In this document: positions 16,992-26,600 of the stretch, one piece after another | How positions within the stretch are numbered: the stretch's first letter is position 1 | Layout of the letters: every line of letters starts with the position of its first letter | Source of the DNA: a virus | DNA: 64,000 bases | IMG/VR virus record: IMGVR_UViG_3300046536_000173 | Span: 1-64,000 of that record | Reading direction: 5' to 3' (one strand) | Position numbers and translations under genes: made by a program | The notes under the pieces: model-generated | Told to the model about the DNA's origin: nothing | Databases searched by the model: none | Seen by the model: only the letters and a program-made list of their open reading frames with translations

Positions 16992-19364
16992 GTGGCTGGC
17001 TATTCCGTTACATTTTCCGTTGTAGATCAAGCCTCCAAGCAGATCGACGCGATCAACCGTCGCATCGCGCAGACACGCGCGCCGCTCGATCGGATGTCGC
17101 GCCAGATGTCGCGCTTCATCGACGTGTCGGGGCTGCGCAAGGTCGCGACCGGGTTCGAATGGATCGGCAAGGCGGCGGGGAGCGTGCTGCGCACGTTGAC
17201 CTCGATCATCCCGGTGATGGGGACCATCGTCGGCGCCGCCTCGATCGCCGGAATGGTCAAGCTCGTGTCGGGGTATGCCGCTTGGTCCCGCGAGCTTGTG
17301 CAAGCCGCCGACAACATCGGAACGACGACGCAAAAGCTCCAGCAATTCGAGGATGCGACGCGCCTCGCCGGGGGCAACGCCGCCGACATGCGCGACAGCC
17401 TGAAGGGGCTTCACGATCGCCTCGCCGACTTCAACATCGGCGGGGCCAGCGCCGCCGTCACCGGACAATGGGCGAACAAGCTGGGCATCAACCTGAAGGG
17501 TGCGAACGGGCAAATCCGCACCGCCGACGAACTGTTGCCCGAACTGATCCGCAAGATCGGCGAGATCAAAGACCCCGCCGATCGCGCCGCCGCCGCGCAA
17601 GCGCTCCTGGGATCTTCGGGCGAAAAGCTGGTTGAGACGTTCCGCCAATCGAGCCGCAGCTTCGCGCAATGGTTCGAGGATGTGAAACGATACAAAGACC
17701 TGACCGACGATCAGAAGGCGAGCCTCCAGCGCTTCAGCGAAGCGCAAGGTCGCCTCGGTGTCGCCTTCGATCGCCTGGGGCAACAGATTAGCGCGATCGT
17801 CGCGAAGCATCTCGGGCCGTTGCTCGAAAAGTTCGCCGCCTTCGTCGAACAGAACACGCCCGCGATCCTCGCCGCCGTCGATCAACTGGCGAGCCGCTTC
17901 GCCGCGTGGTTGAACGACCCGGAGACGGGGAAAGCCTTCGTCGCCGGGATACAATCCGTCGTCGATGCTTTGAAGTGGGTCATCAACAACCTCGACACGA
18001 TCAAGCTCGCCGTCGAGGTCATCGCCGGATTGTTCGCGTTCAAATGGGCGGTCGGCATCGTGCAAGCGATCGGTGCCGTGACCTCCGCGCTTGGCGCTTC
18101 CGCGTCGATCGCCGGGGCCGCTGTCGGAACCGGACTGATCGGAGCGCTGGCCGGTGTCGCCGCGATCGCCGGATTGCTCGCGCTTGGGTCGAAGTATGAG
18201 ACGCCGGAAAACCGCGCCGCGCTCGACAAGCTCGCGAAGGAACGTCGCGACCCCGCAGGGGGTCCGAACGGCCCGACCGTCGATTACTGGATCGACGCGC
18301 AAGGCCGGAAGCACGACGCGACGACCGGAGCGCTGACCGACGACGCCGCGCCCGCCGTGCGCCCGCCCGGAGTCATTCAAAAGCAGTCGTCGAGCGGCGG
18401 ATACCTACCCGGAGGGGTGACGCCCGCCGCCTTCCATCCTGGAGGCCCCGCCGCCGCCGGTCTCGCCGGGGGCAGCGAATTCTGGGACAGCATGGCGCGC
18501 GCCGTGACGAAGGGCTTCGAGGATGCCGTGAACCATCTCCGGGACGTGGGTTCCGAAGGTGCCGGGGGCGCCGGGGGCGGGGGTGCCGCTGGAGGCGTTC
18601 AACGCGCGTCCTACTCGCCAGCCGGGGGCGGCGGTTTCGGACCAGCCGGGGGCGCGCCCGCTCAACAGGGAGGAGCGCCGTCGTCGCCGCCAGGATCAGG
18701 CGCCGGGGTTGGAGGAGGCAGCGCTGGCGGATCGGGTGGCATCGACGCTCCAGCCGGAACGCCGATCGCGCGCACCGGACTCGCGACCGTCACCTCCGCG
18801 AGCGGTCGAAAATTCCAGGTCGATGCGCGCTTCGCGCCGAACTTTCAGGGCTTCATCGACGATTACGAGAAGGCGGGCGGCAAGATCGGACCCGACAGCG
18901 GCACGCTGGGTTCACGCCCGCACAACGCGAGCGGCCATCCGATCGGAGCCGCGATCGACATCAATCAGATCGGGCGCGGGGTGCGCAGCAATCGCGCGCC
19001 CTCGCTCGACCCGAGACTCGAGGATCAGCTTGCGAAAAAATGGGGAATGGTCTCGGGCAATTCGTGGCGCTCGAACGATCAGGGACACTTCGGGATCGAA
19101 AGCGTCGAAGCCGCCCGCCGCGCGCTGATCGCGCAAGGCCGCGCGCCGGGGGCCGGGTATAAAACGCTGACGAAGGATCAACTCGACATCGCGCCGCGCG
19201 CGCCCGCCGCGACCGTGCCCGGACCCGCCTCGATCAACGGCTCCGTCGATGTCTCGATCACGCACAAGAACCCGCCCGCGAATTCCGCCGTGACCGCGAC
19301 CGGATCGGGTGCCGTCAACGTCGCGCCGCCGCGCGTCGAGCATCAGGCGATGGAGTCGATATGA
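16992..19364 (+). CDS. Tape measure protein with C-terminal M15-like peptidase domain
   Basis: Ala-rich helical body; SGHPIGAAID...WG...DQGHF Zn-peptidase motif. Confidence 0.9.
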   Translation: MAGYSVTFSVVDQASKQIDAINRRIAQTRAPLDRMSRQMSRFIDVSGLRKVATGFEWIGKAAGSVLRTLTSIIPVMGTIVGAASIAGMVKLVSGYAAWSRELVQAADNIGTTTQKLQQFEDATRLAGGNAADMRDSLKGLHDRLADFNIGGASAAVTGQWANKLGINLKGANGQIRTADELLPELIRKIGEIKDPADRAAAAQALLGSSGEKLVETFRQSSRSFAQWFEDVKRYKDLTDDQKASLQRFSEAQGRLGVAFDRLGQQISAIVAKHLGPLLEKFAAFVEQNTPAILAAVDQLASRFAAWLNDPETGKAFVAGIQSVVDALKWVINNLDTIKLAVEVIAGLFAFKWAVGIVQAIGAVTSALGASASIAGAAVGTGLIGALAGVAAIAGLLALGSKYETPENRAALDKLAKERRDPAGGPNGPTVDYWIDAQGRKHDATTGALTDDAAPAVRPPGVIQKQSSSGGYLPGGVTPAAFHPGGPAAAGLAGGSEFWDSMARAVTKGFEDAVNHLRDVGSEGAGGAGGGGAAGGVQRASYSPAGGGGFGPAGGAPAQQGGAPSSPPGSGAGVGGGSAGGSGGIDAPAGTPIARTGLATVTSASGRKFQVDARFAPNFQGFIDDYEKAGGKIGPDSGTLGSRPHNASGHPIGAAIDINQIGRGVRSNRAPSLDPRLEDQLAKKWGMVSGNSWRSNDQGHFGIESVEAARRALIAQGRAPGAGYKTLTKDQLDIAPRAPAATVPGPASINGSVDVSITHKNPPANSAVTATGSGAVNVAPPRVEHQAMESI

Positions 19365-20242
19365 GCGGCATCATCGGACAGATCGGAAGCGCGATCAGCG
19401 GAGCGACGCGCGTCGTCTCCGCGACCGGCGCGCTGGTCAACGATGTCGCTCGCCTGGGGCAGAGCTTCGGCGCCTCCCAGCAATTCGACGCGTCCGGTCT
19501 GTCCTGGGGCAGCGGCGCGTGGTTCCAGCAATTGCAACCCGGATCGTGGCGGGGCGTGGGTTTCGTGCTCGACGCCGGGGACACCGCCGCCGGTCGTCGC
19601 GTCGCGATCCACGAGTATCCGTATCGCGACACCGCCTGGGCCGAGGATTTGGGCAAGCTGCCGCGCCGCTTCACCGTGCAAGCCTTCGTCGTCGGCGACG
19701 ACTGCTATCAGCAACGCGACGCGATGCTTCGCGCCGTCGAGCAATCCGGGGCCGGGACGCTCGTGCATCCGACGCTGGGCAGCGTGCAATGCGTGCTCCT
19801 CGAATTCTCGTGCGCCGATCGGCGCGAGCGAGGCCGCGTCGTCGAGTTTCAATTCGCCTTCATCATCGCGGGCGATGTGCAATTCCCCTCGACCGCGATC
19901 GCCACCGTGCAAGGTGTCCTGGGCGCCGCCTCGAAGCTCAACATCGCCTCCGCGTCCGACCTTGGCTCGACGCTCCAGAGCATCGGCGCCGTCGCGAAAC
20001 AGGTCACCTCGACCGTGAGCAAGTACGCTGGTATCGCGACGGGGTTGGTCGGAGACGCGACCCGGATATTCAACAGTGTGCGCGGCCTCGTGGGTTTCCA
20101 CGGACGCTATGCGACCGGAAGCCGCTCAACCCTCCAGTCTGTCAACCGAACCGTGCAAGGCGCTCTGAGCGCCGCCACGACGGCGCGGACGCTGGTCAAC
20201 ACGTCCGCGTCGCTCGTGACCCGCCTCGCGAGCTTCCTGTGA
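19361..20242 (+). CDS. Mu gpN-like DNA circularisation protein, N-terminal part
   Basis: SWRGVGF, GRRVAIHEYPYRD..WAEDLG, GTLVHPTLG. Confidence 0.92.
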   Translation: MSGIIGQIGSAISGATRVVSATGALVNDVARLGQSFGASQQFDASGLSWGSGAWFQQLQPGSWRGVGFVLDAGDTAAGRRVAIHEYPYRDTAWAEDLGKLPRRFTVQAFVVGDDCYQQRDAMLRAVEQSGAGTLVHPTLGSVQCVLLEFSCADRRERGRVVEFQFAFIIAGDVQFPSTAIATVQGVLGAASKLNIASASDLGSTLQSIGAVAKQVTSTVSKYAGIATGLVGDATRIFNSVRGLVGFHGRYATGSRSTLQSVNRTVQGALSAATTARTLVNTSASLVTRLASFL

Positions 20243-20805
20243 GCGAGCAAAGCGACGCCTTCGCCGCCGCCGCCGCAGCGCTCGCCGACGCGCTCGCCGC
20301 CTCCGCGAACGATCCCGCCGACGCGATCCGCATGTTGCTACCGCTCGCTGGTTTCATCCCGCCGCCGGTCGCCGGAACCGGCCCGCTCGCCGCGAACGCG
20401 CAAGCCGCGCAAGACGCGGTGGCGTCGAACCTCCGATGCGCCGCGTGCGCCGCCCTGGCGACGGCCTCGACCCGCTATCTGCCCGCCAGCTATCAGGACG
20501 CCCAGGCGTTGCGCGTGACCGTGTGCGGTGCCCTCGACGCCGAGGTGACCCGTGCGGGCGACGCGGGCCGGGACGCGACCTATCAGGCGCTCCGCGAGCT
20601 TCGCGCCGCCGTCGCCCTCGACCTCGCCGTGCGCGGCGCCAACCTCGCGTGGCTGGTCGAGATCGTGACCCGCCAGCCGATGCCGTCGCTCGCCGAAGCC
20701 TGGAGCCTCTACCGCGACACGCCGCGCGAACCGGGGCTGGTCGCGTCCGCCGACCCGCCGCATCCGCTGTTCCTCCCGACGAGTTTCCCGGCGCTCAATC
20801 AATGA
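20239..20805 (+). CDS. Mu gpN-like C-terminal part as a separate ORF
   Basis: GTG start; PSLAEAWSLYRD..R...HPLFLP; same split in copy 2. Confidence 0.8.
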   Translation: MSEQSDAFAAAAAALADALAASANDPADAIRMLLPLAGFIPPPVAGTGPLAANAQAAQDAVASNLRCAACAALATASTRYLPASYQDAQALRVTVCGALDAEVTRAGDAGRDATYQALRELRAAVALDLAVRGANLAWLVEIVTRQPMPSLAEAWSLYRDTPREPGLVASADPPHPLFLPTSFPALNQ

Positions 20806-22064
20806 GCGACGCGATCGGCGCCATCGCGCACGGTGTCGCGCCCCGCCCGCCGCCCGGATCGTCGGATGTCCTGTCGTTGACCGTGGGCAATCAGACCGTG
20901 ACCGGCTGGCAACGCGTCTCCGTGACGCGACCGCTCGCCGCGATCCCCGCGAGCTTTTCGATCGAGGTGACGGAGCGCTATCCGTCCGCCGCCGACATCG
21001 ACCTGAAGCCCGGGCATCCGTGCACCGTCAAGATCGGCTCCGATCTCGTGCTGACCGGATACGTTGACCGCTACGCGTCGAGCATCAGCGCCGCGCAGCA
21101 CACGATCCGCGTCGAGGGACGCAGCATGTCCGCCGATCTGGTGGATTGCTCCGCGCTTGTCGCGGGCACGAGCGCCGGAAGCGCCTCGACGCCGGGGCTT
21201 CAGGTGCTCAACGGATCGACGCTCGACATCGTGCGCAAGCTCGCCGCGCCTTACGGGGTCACCGTGCAATCGACGGCTGGCGACGGCATCCAGGTGCCGC
21301 AATTCAACATCAACCTGGGCGAAACCGTGTGGGAGATCGTCGATCGGATCACGCGCTATTCGGAAATGGTCGCTTATGACATGCCAGACGGCTCGATCAT
21401 GCTCGCGAAAGTGGGCACGACGCCGATGGCGTCGGGTTTCAAGGTCGGAGTGAACGTTGAAGCCGCCGACGTGATGTTTTCGACCGATCAGCGCTATTCC
21501 GAATACGAAGGGCATCTGATGTCGATGATGGCGCTGGGCACCGATGGCGGGGTGAATTCGCCAGGGGTCGGTGAGATCATCCGCGACGATGAAATGACCG
21601 CGCTGCGCCGCCCGGACGGAAGCCCGCGCTTCCGCAAGCTCTACATCATCAGCGAGCAATTCGTGATGGGTCAGCCGCTCGCCGGAAAGCGCGCGATCTG
21701 GGAGAAAAATCGACGCTACGGCCAGAGCTTCAACTTCACCGTGACATGCGACGCGTGGCGCGACACCGCCGGAAAGCTCTGGTCGCCAAACTATCTCGCG
21801 CCGATCGACGCCGAAGCGCTGAAGCTAAAGCATCGCGACTGGCTGATCGGCACCGTCACCTATCTCCGCGACGAAAGCGGACAACACGCCCGCCTGTCGC
21901 TGTGGCCCCCGGAGGCATTCAGCGTCGAGCCGACATCGCCGAACGTGCTGGTCACGCAAGACGATGTGAACCGCAACAACGCGACGAAGCCGAACCCGCC
22001 CGCCCCGCCCGCGCCCGCCCAATCGAAGGGCACGGCCTTGCCGCCTGGACAGATCGACACATGA
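20802..22064 (+). CDS. Baseplate hub (Mu gpP-like)
   Basis: [39 protein letters not shown]. Confidence 0.92.
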   Translation: MSDAIGAIAHGVAPRPPPGSSDVLSLTVGNQTVTGWQRVSVTRPLAAIPASFSIEVTERYPSAADIDLKPGHPCTVKIGSDLVLTGYVDRYASSISAAQHTIRVEGRSMSADLVDCSALVAGTSAGSASTPGLQVLNGSTLDIVRKLAAPYGVTVQSTAGDGIQVPQFNINLGETVWEIVDRITRYSEMVAYDMPDGSIMLAKVGTTPMASGFKVGVNVEAADVMFSTDQRYSEYEGHLMSMMALGTDGGVNSPGVGEIIRDDEMTALRRPDGSPRFRKLYIISEQFVMGQPLAGKRAIWEKNRRYGQSFNFTVTCDAWRDTAGKLWSPNYLAPIDAEALKLKHRDWLIGTVTYLRDESGQHARLSLWPPEAFSVEPTSPNVLVTQDDVNRNNATKPNPPAPPAPAQSKGTALPPGQIDT

Positions 22065-23830
22065 CCGCCGCCGCGCGCCTGTATCGCCGCGTGATGATGT
22101 CGGTGATGCCGATGAAAATCACCGCGACCGACGACAGCGGTCCCGTGCACCGTGCCCAGGTCCGGGGCTTCCCGAACGAAACGATCGACGCGATGCCGAT
22201 CCTCCAGATTTACGGTCTCGCCTCGCACGCCATGCCGGGATCCGATGCGATGGCGATGTTCGGCAGCGGCGACCGATCGAACGGCGTCATCGTCGCGACC
22301 GGCAATCAAAAGCATCGGCTGCGCAACCTGAAGTCGGGCGAGGTCGCGCTGTATGACGACAACGCCTCCGTGCTGAAGCTCGCCAACGGCGGCAACGTCG
22401 AGATGACCGCGAAGGGCACGCACACGACGAACGTCCCGACCGTCGTCGTCAACGCGAAGGATGGCGTCAAGGTCACGACCCCGCTTGTCGATGTGCAGGG
22501 GCGGCAAACGATGGCGCATCCGCCCGTCGCCTCGAATGAGGTCGTGACGAAAGCGTATTGCGACGGCAACCGGGGCAGCGGATCGCCCGGACCCGCTGGC
22601 CCGCCTGGGCCCGAGGGACCGCCTGGACCGACCGGACCGCAAGGCCCGCAAGGCAACACGGGCGCCGCCTCGACCGTGCCCGGACCCGCAGGCCCGCAGG
22701 GGCCGAAGGGCGATCCCGGAGCGACGGGCTCGACCGGATCGCAGGGACCGCAAGGTGCGACCGGAGCGACCGGACCACAAGGGCCGCAGGGTGCGAGCGG
22801 CATTCCGACCGACGCGCCGTATGACAATTACGCTTACATGCGCGTCAACGCGTCGTGGCAAACCGGGGGCACGCTGGCTGGAAGCCTGACCGTCAACGGC
22901 AACTTCAACGCCATCGGCAGTTCCGCCGCCGCGTATTTTTACCTCAACCCCACGGGCGGGAGCATTCAGGGCGACGCGAACTATACTTACTTCTACCAGG
23001 ACAGCGGCAACTGGCACTGGCGTTACCAGCGCTCGACCGGGATGATGAATTACATCCGTGGCGGCGACTGGGCGAACCTGTTCCAGGTTGACGGCGGCGG
23101 CAGTATTTGGAACCCCGGAAGCGCCACGAGCGGCAACGCGACGACCGGACGGATGCGCGCGACCAACGGAGTCATGAGTAGCAATGGCCTGATGTATGTC
23201 GCCGACAACGACGCTTACTATTTTGGCCGTGGTGGCGACGGCACCTGGACGATCACCGATGGCGGTGTGGCGAACCTCTATTACAACGGCGGCAACCTGA
23301 CCGTGAATGGTCGGTTGGCCTGTCAATCGACGGGCGTTTGTTACTCCAACGTCGGGGCGCAGGGCTTCAACTTTCGCTGGGACGGCGCGAACTTTTTCAT
23401 CCGCGCGGACAACTCGGTTGAGTGGGCGCTTCAACCCTGGAGCGACGAGCGAGTTAAAGGGGATATCGCGCCGTCAACGTTCGATTGCCTCGCCGCCGTT
23501 CAAAAAATGCCGCTCTATCAATTCCGCTTTCGCCACGCGCCGGACCCGGCCAAGGCACTTAGCGCCGAGGTGCCGGAGGGCGCGCCGCTGGTGCCGGTCG
23601 GCTTCATCGCGCAGCGCGCCGACGAGGCATTCCCTGGCAGCGCCTTTCGGGGCACCGAAGCCGGGGGCAGCGTGGGCGGTGCGACGACCTTTTGGCAGAT
23701 GGACCTCAACGTTGTTTCCGCCGCGCTGTGCGGCGCGGTGAAGCAGCTTGACGCGCGCAACGCCGAACTCGCCGACACCGTGCGACAGCTATCCGCGCGC
23801 CTCGCTCAACTTGAACAAGGGAGACCCTGA
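22061..23830 (+). CDS. Baseplate spike (Mu gp45/gpV-like) fused to collagen stalk, fibre domain and S74 chaperone
   Basis: QIYGLASH...GDRSNGV...[10 protein letters not shown]; 23 GXY triplets; WSDERVK...VGFIAQ. Confidence 0.88.
   Translation: MTAAARLYRRVMMSVMPMKITATDDSGPVHRAQVRGFPNETIDAMPILQIYGLASHAMPGSDAMAMFGSGDRSNGVIVATGNQKHRLRNLKSGEVALYDDNASVLKLANGGNVEMTAKGTHTTNVPTVVVNAKDGVKVTTPLVDVQGRQTMAHPPVASNEVVTKAYCDGNRGSGSPGPAGPPGPEGPPGPTGPQGPQGNTGAASTVPGPAGPQGPKGDPGATGSTGSQGPQGATGATGPQGPQGASGIPTDAPYDNYAYMRVNASWQTGGTLAGSLTVNGNFNAIGSSAAAYFYLNPTGGSIQGDANYTYFYQDSGNWHWRYQRSTGMMNYIRGGDWANLFQVDGGGSIWNPGSATSGNATTGRMRATNGVMSSNGLMYVADNDAYYFGRGGDGTWTITDGGVANLYYNGGNLTVNGRLACQSTGVCYSNVGAQGFNFRWDGANFFIRADNSVEWALQPWSDERVKGDIAPSTFDCLAAVQKMPLYQFRFRHAPDPAKALSAEVPEGAPLVPVGFIAQRADEAFPGSAFRGTEAGGSVGGATTFWQMDLNVVSAALCGAVKQLDARNAELADTVRQLSARLAQLEQGRP
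22580..22798 (+). repeat. Collagen-like Gly-X-Y repeat (23 triplets, one STVP interruption)
   Basis: Counted from translation. Confidence 0.9.
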
Positions 23831-23831
23831 C

Positions 23832-24182
23832 ATGGCCGCTTTGATCATTCCGAACATGACGCCATTCGGCTCGATGACAAATCAGGCAACCTCGCGCCTG
23901 ATCAACCTCAACGCGACGATCGAGCGCCTGAAGGATGCGATCGCCACCGCGAGCGCTGGCTACACGGGCACACCGGGCACGCAATTCGAGGCCGCGCCGA
24001 TGGGCGTCGGGGCGCCGCCGCCCGCGCCGAACAATTTCGGGGTGCAACCCGACCCGGAAGCTCTGGGCGAGAACGGCACCGACTACGCCTACGCGGTCGG
24101 GGTGTTGACCGAACAGTGGGCACTGTTCTGGGCCGCCGCCGAAGCCTCGATCAATCAACTCGACAATGGCGGGACGCTCTAA
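23832..24182 (+). CDS. Hypothetical protein after spike (copy 1 only)
   Basis: GGGAG RBS, MAALIIPN...; absent between spike and gp46 in copy 2. Confidence 0.7.
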   Translation: MAALIIPNMTPFGSMTNQATSRLINLNATIERLKDAIATASAGYTGTPGTQFEAAPMGVGAPPPAPNNFGVQPDPEALGENGTDYAYAVGVLTEQWALFWAAAEASINQLDNGGTL

Positions 24183-24209
24183 GCGCGAGCGCGGAGGAGA
24201 CGCGCGCCG

Positions 24210-24854
24210 ATGCCAGGGTGGATCGGGTCTTCAACGCAATGGGACCACGGTGCGACGACCTGGGATACCGTATGGGACCCGACCGGGCTGGAGGTCCCCA
24301 CCGCCGAAGGCCCGGTACTGCCCGCGAACTGCGCTGGCGACGTTTATATTCGATGGGACAACAGCAACGCGATCGGCGACTGGACCCTCGCCGTGGGCGA
24401 TCTCCAGACCGGGCAAGACCTGGAGACGGCATGTCTCGTGTCGCTGTTCACCGACAAGCTCGCGACGCCCGACTTCGTGCCGACCGATGGAAGCTCCGAC
24501 CGTCGCGGCTGGTGGGCCGACCCTTACAACGACCAGCCGCTAGGCTCGAACCTTTGGCAACTGGAGCGCGCGAAGAAAACCCGCGACACGCTCGCGATCG
24601 CGCGCCGCTATGCCGAAGAATCGTTGCTCTGGCTCGTCGATGACGGCGTGGCGAAAGAGGTCATCGTGAACACCTCCTGGCTCGGCACCGCGATCGGATC
24701 GACCTTGCTGGGCATCGGCATCGCGATTGTAAAGCCGGATGGCTCGCTGACCCGCTTTACCTTCGGTTGGGCGTGGGAAGGGCTCGCGGTCCTGCCGTCG
24801 CCCGTGCGCGTGCCGCCGCCGCCGATGCAACGTCAACGCGCGCTGGTGAGGTAA
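24210..24854 (+). CDS. Mu gp46-like baseplate protein
   Basis: [29 protein letters not shown]. Confidence 0.93.
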   Translation: MPGWIGSSTQWDHGATTWDTVWDPTGLEVPTAEGPVLPANCAGDVYIRWDNSNAIGDWTLAVGDLQTGQDLETACLVSLFTDKLATPDFVPTDGSSDRRGWWADPYNDQPLGSNLWQLERAKKTRDTLAIARRYAEESLLWLVDDGVAKEVIVNTSWLGTAIGSTLLGIGIAIVKPDGSLTRFTFGWAWEGLAVLPSPVRVPPPPMQRQRALVR

Positions 24855-24860
24855 GATCAC

Positions 24861-25973
24861 ATGCCGTTCGCCCGACCGACCCTGACCGCGCTCCGCACCG
24901 CCGCGATCGAGGACATCACGACATCAGGCGTCCCCGGCCTCGACGGGCTGTTGCGCAACGCGGTGTTGCGCGTGCTCGCCTGGGTGATGTCGGGCCTTGC
25001 GTATAGCGTTTACGGTTACCTCGATTGGATCGCCCGACAGTCGGTCCCGTTCACCGCGACGGATGAATATCTCGAAGCCTGGGCGGGCCTGATCGCGATC
25101 TACCGCAAGGACTCAACGCCCGCGACCGGAGCCGCCAGCTTCACCGGAGCGCCGGGGCTTGTCGTGCCGCTGGGATCGACCCTGACCCGCCAGGACGGCA
25201 CCCCCTACATCGCCACCGACGACGCCACCGTTGACCCGACGGGCAACGTGCTCGTGCCGATCATCGCCGCCGTGAACGGCGCCGCGACTGATTGCGACAC
25301 GAACACCCCGATCAGCCTCGACCCGCCGATCGCGGGCATCAATTCCGGGGGCGTGACCTGGGGTCCGACGACCGGAGGTTCCGACCAGGAAACGACGGAC
25401 GAATTGCGGACCCGGATGCTGTTCAAATACGCCATGCCGCCGCAGGGCGGGTCCGCGTCCGATTACATCGAATGGGCGCTTGAGGTGCCGGGGTGCACGC
25501 GCGCATGGATCGAAGGGGAGGGGCACGGGCCGGGTAGCGTCGTCGTTTATCCGATGTTCGACATCGTGAACGCCGCCGCCGGGGGCTTCCCGGAGGGGAC
25601 CGATGGCGGGGCCGCGCTGGAAACGCGCATCCTGCCCGCGACGGGCGATCAGTTGGCCGTCGCCGATTACATCTTCCCGCTGCGCCCGGTGACCGCGCTG
25701 GTGTTCGTCGCCGCACCGGACCCGCTCGTGATCAACGTCACGCTCGCCGCGCTCGAACCCAACACCGTCGAGATCGTCGGGCAGATCACCGCTTCGCTCA
25801 ACGACATGTTTCTCGCGCTCGGCGAAGTCGGCGGCGTTATTTACCCCTCACAGCTATACGAAGCGATCTCTCTCACTCCAGGCGTCAACCATTTCGTGAT
25901 GCAGGCGCCGATCGCCGCCGTCACCGCGACCGCTGGTCAGCTTCCCGTACTGGGCACGCTGACGGTGCTCTAA
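24861..25973 (+). CDS. Baseplate J / Mu gp47-like protein
   Basis: GGSDQET, PPQGGSASDYIEWALEVPG.TRAW. Confidence 0.95.
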   Translation: MPFARPTLTALRTAAIEDITTSGVPGLDGLLRNAVLRVLAWVMSGLAYSVYGYLDWIARQSVPFTATDEYLEAWAGLIAIYRKDSTPATGAASFTGAPGLVVPLGSTLTRQDGTPYIATDDATVDPTGNVLVPIIAAVNGAATDCDTNTPISLDPPIAGINSGGVTWGPTTGGSDQETTDELRTRMLFKYAMPPQGGSASDYIEWALEVPGCTRAWIEGEGHGPGSVVVYPMFDIVNAAAGGFPEGTDGGAALETRILPATGDQLAVADYIFPLRPVTALVFVAAPDPLVINVTLAALEPNTVEIVGQITASLNDMFLALGEVGGVIYPSQLYEAISLTPGVNHFVMQAPIAAVTATAGQLPVLGTLTVL

Positions 25974-25976
25974 GCC

Positions 25977-26591
25977 ATGCCCGCGCCGACCTTCAGCCCG
26001 ACCGATTACCTCTGGCAGTTTCAACGCCTCCTCCCGCGTGGCCGCGTCTGGCATCGCGGCTGGGGCACCGTGCAAGCCGCCGACATCCTGACTCTCATGC
26101 CGACCTGGGCACGGTTGAGCGCGCGCGCGAACGATCTCATCGCCGACGTTTTCCCGTGCACGACGACCGACCTGTTGCCGGAATGGGAAGCCTCGCTCGG
26201 CCTGCCCGATCCGTGCACTGGCCCGCTCGACTCAATCCAGGAACGCGTCGCCGCCGTGTGCGCGAAGTTCACCGCGCGCGGCGGGCAGTCGGTCGCTTAC
26301 TTCATCGCCGTGTGCGAGACGTTGGGTTTCGAGGGTGTCACGATCGACGAATTCCCCGCGACATCCGACATCGAAGCGCCTCCGGTCTTTACGTGGCGCG
26401 TCAACATTCACACGTCGACGCAGACCGTGTGGTTCCGCGCCGGGGTCTCGACCGCCGGCGATCCGCTCGCATCCTGGGGAAGCAATGTCCTGGAGTGCAC
26501 GCTTGAGCTTCTGAAGCCCGCGCACACGAACATCATTTTCGCTTATCACGACGACGACGCAACAACGTCCGACGCCGCCGCGTCCGCATAG
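25977..26591 (+). CDS. Mu gp48-like (YmfQ/DUF2313) baseplate protein
   Basis: LLPRGRVW, LLPEWEASLGLPD, LKPAHT. Confidence 0.93.
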   Translation: MPAPTFSPTDYLWQFQRLLPRGRVWHRGWGTVQAADILTLMPTWARLSARANDLIADVFPCTTTDLLPEWEASLGLPDPCTGPLDSIQERVAAVCAKFTARGGQSVAYFIAVCETLGFEGVTIDEFPATSDIEAPPVFTWRVNIHTSTQTVWFRAGVSTAGDPLASWGSNVLECTLELLKPAHTNIIFAYHDDDATTSDAAASA

Positions 26592-26600
26592 GGGCCGATA

